The notes under the pieces are model-generated. The model was not told where the DNA came from, did not search any database, and was given only the letters and a program-made list of their open reading frames with translations. From Bacillota bacterium (GTDB lineage: Bacteria > Bacillota > Limnochordia > Darwinibacteriales > DTU012), in contig JAAYMV010000074.1 of the NCBI GenBank assembly GCA_012521185.1, forward strand, positions 24,919-88,918: DNA of 64,000 nt. Reading direction: 5' to 3'. The translations under genes and the position numbers were made by a program. Shown here piece after piece: positions 38,719 through 47,900 of the stretch; position 1 is the first letter of the stretch, and each line of letters begins with the position of its first letter.

Positions 38719-39519
38719 ATGCTCAGTGTCTTGGTAGTACTAGCCTTCGGAGCAAGTTATTATTTGTTACCTGCTTTAGCGGAGATGGCGCAAGCGAGAT
38801 TAATGCATTTTAATTACGCGAATCAAGAAGTACCAGTCGGTTTAGGTATGCTTTTTATAATTGTGGTTATTCCATTAATCTTGATTGGGATTTTATTTCA
38901 AAAGATAAACTTGCTCTTTGGTTTTTTGGCAGTATTAACGATACTAGCCTTTGGAATTGTGGGTTTTATTGATGATACGCTCGGGAGCAGGGAAGCCCGT
39001 GGATTTAGGGGTCATTTTCGTGCTTTATTGCAAGGGCAGTTGACAACAGGAGCCTTAAAAGCAATTTTTGGTGGGCTTATTGCTCTTTTGCTAGGCTTTT
39101 TTACAGCAGAACATGGCCTGATTGTTATTATTAATGGTTTGTTAATTGCTCTAATGGCTAATTTTGCCAATTTATTAGACGTGCGTCCAGGGCGTACTGG
39201 TAAGTTTTACATACTAAGTACTGCCTTGTTATTTTTTTTCGGTGAGTCAAATCCTGTATCATTAATACTGCTTGCTAGTGTTTTGGCTTATTTACCTTGG
39301 GATTTACACGGACAAGTAATGATGGGAGATATAGGATCCAACATTTTAGGTTCAGTATTAGGTTTAGTCGTCACACAGCTGCCTGTGATTAGTAAACTGG
39401 TGATTCTATTTTCGTTGGTTGGATTACATTATTATGCTGAACGCAAGTCGTTTACCTTAGTAATTGAAAATAATAGGTTCTTAAATTATCTTGATCTAAT
39501 TGGGAGAAAAAAATTGTAG
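38719..39519 (+). CDS. MraY/WecA-like (GT4 family) polyprenyl-phosphate sugar-phosphate transferase, short form
   Basis: Polytopic membrane protein with GFIDDTLG (the family DDxxG motif) and a later DxxxxRPG segment. Confidence 0.55.
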   Translation: MLSVLVVLAFGASYYLLPALAEMAQARLMHFNYANQEVPVGLGMLFIIVVIPLILIGILFQKINLLFGFLAVLTILAFGIVGFIDDTLGSREARGFRGHFRALLQGQLTTGALKAIFGGLIALLLGFFTAEHGLIVIINGLLIALMANFANLLDVRPGRTGKFYILSTALLFFFGESNPVSLILLASVLAYLPWDLHGQVMMGDIGSNILGSVLGLVVTQLPVISKLVILFSLVGLHYYAERKSFTLVIENNRFLNYLDLIGRKKL

Positions 39520-39606
39520 GAACTGTTCTATGCAGGTATTCTGTAAAAAATGTAGAATATATAGAAAATCACTTCCATGGTTTATTAACCTTAAGGAGGG
39601 GATTTT

Positions 39607-41691
39607 TTGCTTTATAATTCGGATTTTTATTTACCGAATGGATTATTAGGTAATGTCGAAGGTTATGAGTATCGTGCAGCTCAGCAGCAAATGGCTGATG
39701 CGATTTATCAAATACTTGATTCAGGGCATTTAGGAATCATTGAAGCTGGAACTGGAACTGGAAAATCCTTAGCTTACTTGTATCCAGCTATTTGTTTCGC
39801 AAAAACAAAACAGGAAAAAGTTGTGATTTCTACTAATACTTTAAATTTGCAAGATCAATTGTTGAATAAAGATTTACCAGGCTTACGTAAATTAGGAATA
39901 GATTTTAATGCAGTTGTAGTTCGTGGATGGGTTAATTATCCTTGTTGGGCGAGAGCTCAAGATTTTCTCTTTACTGTTACCAATTCAATAGAAGAAAAAT
40001 TAGTCACTGATCTAATTGCTGGTCTAGAGCGACAAGAAGTGACTACTATTAGTGATTGCCCAGACTTTTCCGAAGAATTGTGGGAAGAAGTACAGGCCGA
40101 ATCAGATTTATGCACTAGGGGCAAGTGCGAGTTCTATGAGCACTGCCCTATTTTTATCAATCGTCGATTAGCAGAGAAAGCAGATCTTTTAATAGTTAAC
40201 CATCATCTATTATTAGCAGATGTGAGTATCCGTCAAAAGTTAGGTTGGGATACTACAGCTGTTTTACCTAGCTATAAACATTTAATCATCGATGAAGCGC
40301 ATCATATTCAAGATGTTGCCACAGAATATTTTGCTGTTAAAGTATCACCTGTACGACTTAGTCGCTTACTAGGATTGTTTTACCGAAGACGAAAAGACCG
40401 GGGATTATTGAATCGAATTCGCCAACAAGTTAGCAAGAGCTTGTCAGAGGCTGAAGCTGCAGATATTTTTCAGCTAATTGATTGGCATATCTTGCCACAG
40501 ATTCGAGTAGTTGATGATGTTGGTGCTAAGTTCTTTGATGAATTAGCCAAATATTTACAGGAACGAAATGGAGCAGATCCAGAAAGCTTACGAATACCGT
40601 TTCGCCAGGGAATTGAGACAGAATCGGTATTAACGGCTTATGACTTACTACATAGTAATTTACGAAAATGGGAAATCCAACTAGAAAAGTTATTGGAGAT
40701 GACGGAGAGTTTAAGCGAAAAAGAGGGTTTCGAGTCTTTATTTTATCTGGAAGCCTATTATCAGAGGGTAGTAGATTTTCGTGTGGATTTAGAATTTACC
40801 ATGGATGTTAACCAACCAGGTTATGTTTATTGGTTAAAGGCCATGGAAAGACAAAGAGGAGCATCTTTACAAGGAGCACCAATTGACGTAGGTCCTTTAT
40901 TAAAAGAAAATCTGTTATTTCAGTTATCTTCAGTGATCTTTACTAGTGCAACTTTATCGGTGAATCAGGATTTCACCTATTTTCGTAAGAATGTCGGAAT
41001 TGATTTCGAAGAAGCTTGGGATCTAGTGACTTTGATTTTTGAATCGCCATTTGATTATCAAAAACAGGTGTTTATGGCTGTACCTAAAGATTTGCCATTA
41101 CCAGATAGTAGTAATTATCCAGAAGAGCTAGCCAACAAATTAGTAGACATCCTAGCTTTAACAAAAGGCCGAGCCTTTGTTTTATTTACTTCTTATAAAA
41201 TGCTGAAAGAAGTGGCCAAATATCTTAGAACAGTTGGTTTGGAACAGACATATAATTTTCTAGTCCAAGGTGAGCAATCGCGCTATATATTGATTGAGCG
41301 TTTTAAAGTGGAGCCAAATCCGGTCTTGTTAGGAACTGATAGCTTCTGGGAAGGAGTTGATGTTGCTGGAGAAGCTTTATCTTCGGTAATTATTACCAAA
41401 TTACCTTTTACTGTTCCGACAGATCCAATAGTTATGGCCCGCAGCGAATTGATTTTAGAATTAGGTGGGAACCCATTTAGAGATTATTTCCTACCAAAAG
41501 CTGTCCTTAAGTTTAGACAAGGCTGCGGTAGATTGATTCGGACAAAAACAGATCGAGGTTTATTAGTAATTTGTGATCGAAGGATTATGGACAGAAATTA
41601 TGGTGAAACTTTTATTCAATCATTAGCCAGTTGTTCCATTGAAAACGATTATTTGGATAAGCTTAAGCAGGAGGTTAATTTATGGTTATAA
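39607..41691 (+). CDS. XPD/DinG/Rad3-family ATP-dependent DNA helicase with Fe-S domain
   Basis: Walker A AGTGTGKS, a DEAH box IIDEAHHI, and a Cys cluster (C...C...C..C..C) between helicase motifs I and II. Confidence 0.8.
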   Translation: MLYNSDFYLPNGLLGNVEGYEYRAAQQQMADAIYQILDSGHLGIIEAGTGTGKSLAYLYPAICFAKTKQEKVVISTNTLNLQDQLLNKDLPGLRKLGIDFNAVVVRGWVNYPCWARAQDFLFTVTNSIEEKLVTDLIAGLERQEVTTISDCPDFSEELWEEVQAESDLCTRGKCEFYEHCPIFINRRLAEKADLLIVNHHLLLADVSIRQKLGWDTTAVLPSYKHLIIDEAHHIQDVATEYFAVKVSPVRLSRLLGLFYRRRKDRGLLNRIRQQVSKSLSEAEAADIFQLIDWHILPQIRVVDDVGAKFFDELAKYLQERNGADPESLRIPFRQGIETESVLTAYDLLHSNLRKWEIQLEKLLEMTESLSEKEGFESLFYLEAYYQRVVDFRVDLEFTMDVNQPGYVYWLKAMERQRGASLQGAPIDVGPLLKENLLFQLSSVIFTSATLSVNQDFTYFRKNVGIDFEEAWDLVTLIFESPFDYQKQVFMAVPKDLPLPDSSNYPEELANKLVDILALTKGRAFVLFTSYKMLKEVAKYLRTVGLEQTYNFLVQGEQSRYILIERFKVEPNPVLLGTDSFWEGVDVAGEALSSVIITKLPFTVPTDPIVMARSELILELGGNPFRDYFLPKAVLKFRQGCGRLIRTKTDRGLLVICDRRIMDRNYGETFIQSLASCSIENDYLDKLKQEVNLWL

Positions 41692-42266
41692 TAACTTGGG
41701 TTTTAATGATTTTACTGGCTTTATCTTATCCAGCTAAAGTCAGTGAGCATTATTACATTGTTCAACCTGGAGATACTTTATCGGAAATTGCCCATCGTTA
41801 TGGTTTAGGCTGGCATTATTTAGCTGATTTTAATGATCTTGAGAATCCCTCTTTGTTAAGACCAGGAACTCGTTTACGCATACCTGCTAGAAAATATGTA
41901 ATTAAATTTACCCCAGAAGAACGAGAATTATTAGCGAAAGTGATTCATGCAGAAGCTAGAGGCGAGCCACTAGAAGGACAGATCGCTGTAGGAGCTGTAA
42001 TCATTAATCGTGTAAAAAGCGAGAAGTTCCCAAATACTATTACGGAAGTTGTTTATCAGCGGGGACAGTTTACTCCAGTAGAAAGAAATTTATTGCCGAA
42101 TGAACCACAAGCTAGTGCTTGGGAGGCAGCGGAACGTGCTTTAGCTGGCGAGGATCCTACTGGTGGTGCATTGTTTTTCTATAACCCGACTATCTCGGAG
42201 AATCCGGAATATTGGAAAACTAGACCAGTTATTAAAAAGATTGGTAATCATAACTTCGCAATTTAA
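41682..42266 (+). CDS. LysM-domain SleB/CwlJ-family cell-wall hydrolase
   Basis: Signal peptide, a LysM domain (YIVQPGDTLSEIAHRYG...LRPGTRLRIP), and Hydrolase_2 (AKVIHAEARGEP...AVIINRV...EVVYQ). Confidence 0.8.
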   Translation: MVIITWVLMILLALSYPAKVSEHYYIVQPGDTLSEIAHRYGLGWHYLADFNDLENPSLLRPGTRLRIPARKYVIKFTPEERELLAKVIHAEARGEPLEGQIAVGAVIINRVKSEKFPNTITEVVYQRGQFTPVERNLLPNEPQASAWEAAERALAGEDPTGGALFFYNPTISENPEYWKTRPVIKKIGNHNFAI

Positions 42267-42298
42267 GGCAAATAGTTGTTATTTGCCTTTCTTTTTTT
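42265..42298 (+). terminator. Rho-independent terminator (AAGGCAAATA gttgt TATTTGCCTT + T-run)
   Basis: Read directly from the sequence. Confidence 0.8.
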
Positions 42299-42327
42299 GA
42301 ATATGAATACACGAGGAGGAGATTGGT

Positions 42328-43119
42328 ATGCGTGTATTCGTATATAAGTTGAGATTCCATCACTTTTTTGGTTTAGTTGTAGTCCTCTTACTTGTCTTTA
42401 GTATTACTAGTGAGATTTTCAGTCCAATGGTTCAAAAAGTCATTAGCGTTACTACAAATCGCTTAATTCCCATTTACCGAGTAGAAACCAGTGATAAAAA
42501 GTTGTCAATTTCTTTTGATGCTACTTGGGGTACTGACTTAACAGATGAAATTTTGGAAATTTTGCAAGAATATAATTTGAAGACTACGTTTTTTTTAGCT
42601 GGGTATTGGGTAGATAAGCACCCTGATTATGTAGTTAAAATTGCTGCCGAAGGTCATGAAATAGGTAACCATAGTTATTCCCATCCGCATATGAATAGCT
42701 TGTCTTTTGACGGTGTTGTGCTGGAGTTGCAGAAAAATCATGCCATGATCAAAGACATAACCGGTCAAAATCCCTTCCTCTTCCGCCCACCATTTGGCGA
42801 ATATAATAATACTGTTATCAAAGCAGCTGACTCCGTCGGTTACTACACCATTCAATGGTCTATTGATTCTCTGGATTGGAAAAATACCACTAGTGAAGAA
42901 GTTTATCAGCGAGTTATGAAAAATATTGGGCCTGGCGAAATTGTACTATTCCATAATGCCGCTAAGCCTACACCGGAAGCGTTACGGAGAATTATTCCAG
43001 AATTATTGGAACAAGGCTATCAAATTGTGCCTATTTCGGAATTAATTCATCGAGAGAACTATTATGTTGATCATGATGGAACCCAACGTTTACGTAAGGG
43101 AGGCTATACTGGTGAATAA
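42328..43119 (+). CDS. Polysaccharide deacetylase (NodB domain; PdaB-like sporulation deacetylase)
   Basis: TFFLAGYW...EIGNHSYSHP...LFRPPFG NodB motifs. N-terminal TM. Confidence 0.75.
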   Translation: MRVFVYKLRFHHFFGLVVVLLLVFSITSEIFSPMVQKVISVTTNRLIPIYRVETSDKKLSISFDATWGTDLTDEILEILQEYNLKTTFFLAGYWVDKHPDYVVKIAAEGHEIGNHSYSHPHMNSLSFDGVVLELQKNHAMIKDITGQNPFLFRPPFGEYNNTVIKAADSVGYYTIQWSIDSLDWKNTTSEEVYQRVMKNIGPGEIVLFHNAAKPTPEALRRIIPELLEQGYQIVPISELIHRENYYVDHDGTQRLRKGGYTGE

Positions 43120-44110
43120 ACGCAAAGGTGTATGGTTTAGTTTTGTCATTACTCGAAAAACATTAGTAGCAATTTTTGTGGTGATCAGTATTACGATTGT
43201 CAGTCTCACTACTGCTGCTTTATATGAACCATTTGCGAGAAGAATCTATGGAGTTAAACCAGGCGTAACTTTGGAAGTCTATGATATGAGTGGGTTATTA
43301 CCGGATGAATTATTTGATGCTATTCTAAGTATTGGTGAAGACCGAGTGATCGAAGCAAAAAATGCTAGTTTTGATTGGCAAACGGAATTAGTCTATCCGG
43401 AGCAGGTGGGAATGATTATTGATGTTTCCGCTACAATTGAAGCTTTATTATCGGCTGAACCAGGCAGTAGTATTGAACTGGCACATATTCAAGTTTTACC
43501 GTCAGTTACACAAAGTCATTTTGTTCCATATTATCAGGGACCTACTGATGAGCCGAAGGTAAGTCTGATGATAAATGTGGATTGGGGAAATGAGTATATT
43601 CCTACTATGTTAGATATCTTTGCCCAATATAACATTACTACAACTTGGTTTCCTACAGGCAGTTGGGTTGCCAAGTTTCCTGAATTAGCTCGGTTAATTG
43701 CTGATGCTGGCCACGAAATTGGTAATCACGGCGGGTGGCATGGGATGCCTAGTCAAATGACTGCTGACGAAGTACGCGAATTGATTCTTGATGGGGAAGA
43801 AAAAATCATTAATGTTACTGGGCAAAAGCCTCGAGTATTTGCACCTCCAGCAGGTGATATGAATAAACAAACGGTAGCCATTGCAGGGGAGTTAGGTTAT
43901 AAGACTGTTTTGTGGACTGTTGATACTGTTGACTGGCAGCGACCTGCACCAACAGTTATCATTGATCGGGTAATGAGTAAAATCCAAAATGGTGCCTTAG
44001 TATTGATGCATCCAACAGAACCGACTGCTGCTGCATTGCCAATTATTATTGAACAGTTACAGGCAAAAGGCTACCAAGTGGTAACGGTTTCTGAACTACT
44101 TGGCCCTTAA
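43112..44110 (+). CDS. Polysaccharide deacetylase family protein (N-terminal TM + unknown domain + C-terminal NodB domain; YlxY/PdaA-like)
   Basis: TTWFPTGSW...EIGNHGGWHGMP...VFAPPAG. GTG 43112 follows an AAGGGAGG RBS and overlaps the previous gene by 8 nt. Confidence 0.7.
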   Translation: MNKRKGVWFSFVITRKTLVAIFVVISITIVSLTTAALYEPFARRIYGVKPGVTLEVYDMSGLLPDELFDAILSIGEDRVIEAKNASFDWQTELVYPEQVGMIIDVSATIEALLSAEPGSSIELAHIQVLPSVTQSHFVPYYQGPTDEPKVSLMINVDWGNEYIPTMLDIFAQYNITTTWFPTGSWVAKFPELARLIADAGHEIGNHGGWHGMPSQMTADEVRELILDGEEKIINVTGQKPRVFAPPAGDMNKQTVAIAGELGYKTVLWTVDTVDWQRPAPTVIIDRVMSKIQNGALVLMHPTEPTAAALPIIIEQLQAKGYQVVTVSELLGP

Positions 44111-44115
44111 AGCCA

Positions 44116-44150
44116 ACAAGGGCTAGGCTTGTGGCTTCGCCCTTGTTTAT
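44116..44150. terminator. Bidirectional terminator between convergent genes (AACAAGGGC ... GCCCTTGTT + TATTTT)
   Basis: 9-bp perfect inverted repeat. Confidence 0.6.
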
Positions 44151-45436
44151 TTTAAAGTCTCATCAATAACTTGCCATATACCATTGTCTTCTTGTCCTAA
44201 CCGCCATAAAGCGATTCCGCCTAAGTTATACTGGTTAACTAAGTCTAACTTATATTTGATACTGTAGCGATTTTCAAACCATACTTGTCGGCCATTACCA
44301 TAATTAAAGTAAGGCACCTTGTGGGTACTATCCCATCGCAGACTAACGCCTTCTTTGGCTGCTAACTCCATTGTTTGAGAATAAGTTAAACCTTTAGCTA
44401 CACCGCTAACAGGCCAATCATAACCGTAGTTAGGAATGCCTAAAACTATTTTGTTTGCTGGGACTTGATTTACAGCGAATTTAATTACTGATTCTACCCA
44501 TTCCACTGAAGCAATTGGACCTGGAGGCCCACCACGGTAATGCTGATCATAAGCCATGATCACTAGCTTATCAACATATTTTCCGAGGGTTTTATAATCA
44601 TAGGCACCAAAATATCCAGTTGGATCATCAGCAGTTTTAGCTGGCACTGCCATGGTTATTTTAAGGTTGTCTTCTTTTAATTTTTCACTTAGTTTAGCTA
44701 CAAATTCATTTAACAAATCTCGATCTTCAGCTGGAACATTTTCTAGATCTAAGTTAATACCAGTCATGCCCCAGTCCACCAATGTGGAATGAATTTGGTT
44801 TATTGCTCGTTCTTGCGCGTAAGGATTGTTTAAGAAAGTGCTTACTATCCGGCTGTCAAAGCCATCATTATAAAAGTTATGAATTAGAGCATAGGTTTCA
44901 AGTTGTTGATTGCCGGCATATAACAACACATCACTGTAAGTTTGATAGTCAAAATCACCGTTTAAACCGCCATAACTGTCAATACTCCAACTCCAAGGAA
45001 TTACCGAAGTTAGAGAATTACTGTTTTCGATTAAGCTGTTATAGGATTGTTGGCCAAGTAAATAGTAGCCCATAACTGCTTTGTTATGTTGTTTTACTTT
45101 AGTTTCAGCTTCGGTTAATACTTCAATTAAATAGCCAGCTACCCAGCCAGTTTGTCCAGTGTTAGTTTTTACTTGATACCAACCATTATTATAGTCCAGT
45201 ACAGTAACTTGCTTGTCTTTTGTCAAAATGGTGATTGCACTGTGATCAGTACTTGGACCAGTTCGTAGTGTTACTCGGTCTCCAAGAATCTGTCCACGTT
45301 GTCCAGGACTGATTACTGATTGTTCTATAGCAATATTTGGATCATTTAAATCGAGTTTAGAATTATCGGAACCACCAAAGATACTAGAAATCACGAAAAG
45401 TGCTGTTAATACTGTAATGATTGTGTTTTGCGACAT
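44147..45436 (-). CDS. SH3b-domain glycoside hydrolase family 18 protein (YaaH/YdhD/SleL-like spore peptidoglycan hydrolase)
   Basis: N-terminal TM, an SH3b domain (GWYQVKTNTGQTGWVAGYLIEVL), and a GH18 barrel with a variant catalytic motif GINLDLE. AAGGAGGG RBS before ATG 45436. Confidence 0.8.
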   Translation of the reverse strand: MSQNTIITVLTALFVISSIFGGSDNSKLDLNDPNIAIEQSVISPGQRGQILGDRVTLRTGPSTDHSAITILTKDKQVTVLDYNNGWYQVKTNTGQTGWVAGYLIEVLTEAETKVKQHNKAVMGYYLLGQQSYNSLIENSNSLTSVIPWSWSIDSYGGLNGDFDYQTYSDVLLYAGNQQLETYALIHNFYNDGFDSRIVSTFLNNPYAQERAINQIHSTLVDWGMTGINLDLENVPAEDRDLLNEFVAKLSEKLKEDNLKITMAVPAKTADDPTGYFGAYDYKTLGKYVDKLVIMAYDQHYRGGPPGPIASVEWVESVIKFAVNQVPANKIVLGIPNYGYDWPVSGVAKGLTYSQTMELAAKEGVSLRWDSTHKVPYFNYGNGRQVWFENRYSIKYKLDLVNQYNLGGIALWRLGQEDNGIWQVIDETLK

Positions 45437-45603
45437 TATTTCCCTCCTTACATTTAATAATCGGAACAATTATTATAATACCATATAGTTGAATTGCCGT
45501 CAGTGTTAGTTATTAGGATTATTGGCTTATTTTGTGTAAATTTCGAAGATATGGTAAGATAAAAAGGATCCTAAGGGAGAGGTGCTGTAAGGAGGAGCTT
45601 TAG

Positions 45604-46932
45604 TTGTGGAGGAATAAAGCATTATTTTTATTACTGTCATTAACTAAGCTTGTTTTGTTGTGGAGTTCTGCAGCTGCACAGGATTGCCACTTTCAATATT
45701 CTGGTCAGTACAATATAACTCAGCAAGAATGGGAAAAGACCCTTGCTTATTTTGTGCAGGAACAGATAACTAGTCAGCATCAATTAACAGGCGAAGTTAA
45801 TCTAATCAGTAGTAATAAGCAATTACTTGATCTCCAGTTTAGGAACTGGATCTTTCAGTTTGATAATGAAGTCCATCATTGGGCTCTTTACTATAATTCG
45901 CCGCATCTAATTAGCACTGATCACTTTCGAATCCTGCATAAAGATTACTATCAGCCAGAGCATCTTTCTTTCCTATATCATTATCGGCCAGCGGATTTGC
46001 TTTTGTTGGTTAGTGAGGAGGTACCAATTAAACAGGGTCTTCCTAGTAGATTTGGTTATTTACAATGGACCAAAGGGTTAAATTTGCTTGATTGGCAGGT
46101 AGCAGCAGCTTGTTATGATTCTGGCTATTTGTGGGTGGAAACGTCTGGACAGAAGTGGAATTATCAAAGAAATACTGGTGCTATTCTGACTATGGATACT
46201 CAGGTTAAGCTCAAGTATCCAATAAATATTGCTTATGGCTCGTTACACCGTAGTTTAGTAACTGGTACAGAACTTGAGACTAAACAAAGTCAGGCCTTGA
46301 TTGTAACTAGTTTATTAGCAGGTGACAAGTTCCGTATTCGTCCCGGCTATCGCTATATCGGTCAGGATTTTGTCTGGCCTTTAACGAAAACTAGTCGTTA
46401 TACTAAAGATAGAGTTGGATTTTTTGGTGATTTACGCTACTCAGCTAAGCCCTGGCAAATTACCTTTGATTTTGCAGCTTTGAAAAGTGTTGACAGTACG
46501 AAAAGCTATCCAGCAACTGAATTATTAGTAGAATATCAGCCAAACAAAAATCGTTATTATGTTTCCAGAAAATGGCAGCCTAACCAACAGTATACCTTTG
46601 GTTTTGTTTATCAAGGTTTTAATGTGGAATGGCGTACCAACAATTCCCAGTTTCGGTTAGGGTATACATATCAGAACCATTCCTTGAAGTTTGCTAGTTC
46701 GTCATTAAATCAATACCGCATCGAATATAAGTATACCAGAGAGCCATTTGAGCTGCATTGTATTCATAAATTTGATCGAACAGAGCAAATTAGGTTTAAT
46801 TATGTTTTATTTAAATATGGGTATGAAACTCGATATTTACAATTTAGGTACGGCGAGCCAGATGGCGGGCAACTAATAGCTAAATTCGGTCATGTGCCCA
46901 ACTTATATATGGGATGGAGTTGGAGCTGGTGA
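45604..46932 (+). CDS. Secreted hypothetical protein with outer-membrane beta-barrel-like C-terminal region
   Basis: Signal peptide ending ...SSAAAQD. Many amphipathic, alternating aromatic strands (YTFGFVYQGF, FRLGYTYQ, YRIEYKYT, IRFNYVLFKYGY, LQFRYG) and a terminal aromatic tail WSWSW. TTG start after AAGGAGG. Confidence 0.6.
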   Translation: MWRNKALFLLLSLTKLVLLWSSAAAQDCHFQYSGQYNITQQEWEKTLAYFVQEQITSQHQLTGEVNLISSNKQLLDLQFRNWIFQFDNEVHHWALYYNSPHLISTDHFRILHKDYYQPEHLSFLYHYRPADLLLLVSEEVPIKQGLPSRFGYLQWTKGLNLLDWQVAAACYDSGYLWVETSGQKWNYQRNTGAILTMDTQVKLKYPINIAYGSLHRSLVTGTELETKQSQALIVTSLLAGDKFRIRPGYRYIGQDFVWPLTKTSRYTKDRVGFFGDLRYSAKPWQITFDFAALKSVDSTKSYPATELLVEYQPNKNRYYVSRKWQPNQQYTFGFVYQGFNVEWRTNNSQFRLGYTYQNHSLKFASSSLNQYRIEYKYTREPFELHCIHKFDRTEQIRFNYVLFKYGYETRYLQFRYGEPDGGQLIAKFGHVPNLYMGWSWSW

Positions 46933-46934
46933 GC

Positions 46935-47204
46935 ATGAGGTATTCGGACTTAGCCGGCAAAGAAATTGTTTGTTATGACGAAGGGATTAAATTAGGGATA
47001 GTTAACGACACAGATCTGATTATTAATACGAAAACAGGTGCTGTAGATTCGATAATTATTCCGTATGGAAAGGGAATTTTCAAAAAAGGAATTTTAGTGA
47101 TCCCCTGGAAAGGCGTGAAAAAAATAGGACGGGATTTAATCATTGTAGACTTAACTACAGCCGAAGATTATCATGATATTGTTCGTCGCTTAGAATTAGA
47201 ATAA
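46935..47204 (+). CDS. ymxH: YlmC/YmxH-family sporulation protein (PRC-barrel)
   Basis: MRYSDLAGKEIV...GAVDSIIIP. Precedes the dap/dpa genes, as ymxH does in B. subtilis. Confidence 0.8.
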   Translation: MRYSDLAGKEIVCYDEGIKLGIVNDTDLIINTKTGAVDSIIIPYGKGIFKKGILVIPWKGVKKIGRDLIIVDLTTAEDYHDIVRRLELE

Positions 47205-47244
47205 TTCTTCCCCTAATATGGGTAAAATAGAGGCGAACCTATTT

Positions 47245-47766
47245 ATGAAAAGGGGGATCTACTTGTCAACAGTAATAGGTGTTTTTAAGAATTCTGAAGC
47301 TGCGGAAAAAGCAGTAAAAATGCTACGAGAAAAAGGATTTGGCGAAAATGAAATTTCTATTATAGCAAGAGATGAAGGTAAAACTGTAAAACGTGACATG
47401 GAAGTTGGAGGAGACCTAGGCGGTTCTGAAGATATAACTGATGGAACAGCTTGGGGCGGCGCATTAGGTGGACTTGCTGGGTTATTAGCCGGTGTTGGCG
47501 CTTTAGTCATTCCAGGAATTGGTCCAATTGTAGCAGCTGGCCCAATCGCTGGAGTATTGTCTGGAGCAGTAACTGGTGGTGTAGCAGGAGGATTAATTGA
47601 CCTAGGAATTCCAGAAGAACGAGGAAAAGCCTATGAACAACATCTCAAATCTGGCGGGATTCTTGCTGTGGTAGAAACCAGTGAGGATAAGGTGCAAGAT
47701 GTAAGTGAGGTCTTACGTAATAATGGAGCCGTTGATGTAGAAAGTCACGGTGGTGAAAACTTTTAA
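47245..47766 (+). CDS. General-stress-protein-17M/YflT-like protein with Gly-zipper membrane segment
   Basis: N-terminal VIGVFKNSEAAEKAVKMLREKGF, and a Gly/Ala-rich hydrophobic core. Alternative start at TTG 47263 (GGGGGA RBS). Confidence 0.6.
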   Translation: MKRGIYLSTVIGVFKNSEAAEKAVKMLREKGFGENEISIIARDEGKTVKRDMEVGGDLGGSEDITDGTAWGGALGGLAGLLAGVGALVIPGIGPIVAAGPIAGVLSGAVTGGVAGGLIDLGIPEERGKAYEQHLKSGGILAVVETSEDKVQDVSEVLRNNGAVDVESHGGENF

Positions 47767-47784
47767 AATAACTATTTGATGAAA

Positions 47785-47812
47785 AAGGGACTGTTAAATC
47801 AGTCTCTTTTTC
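47785..47812 (+). terminator. Rho-independent terminator (AAAGGGACTG ttaaat CAGTCTCTTT + T-run)
   Basis: Read directly from the sequence. Confidence 0.6.
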
Positions 47813-47900
47813 GTATGTTTTTTATTTGAGATAAAGGATTTTGCTAGGTTTATCCAGAATCACAAGAAGATATTTATCAGAGATAGAAAGAGGGAAATTA

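Noticed and set aside
39520-39606. GAACTGTTC upstream of the DinG-like helicase as a possible LexA (Cheo) box
   Set aside because: Firmicute LexA boxes are GAAC-N4-GTTC. Here the half-sites are separated by a single nucleotide.
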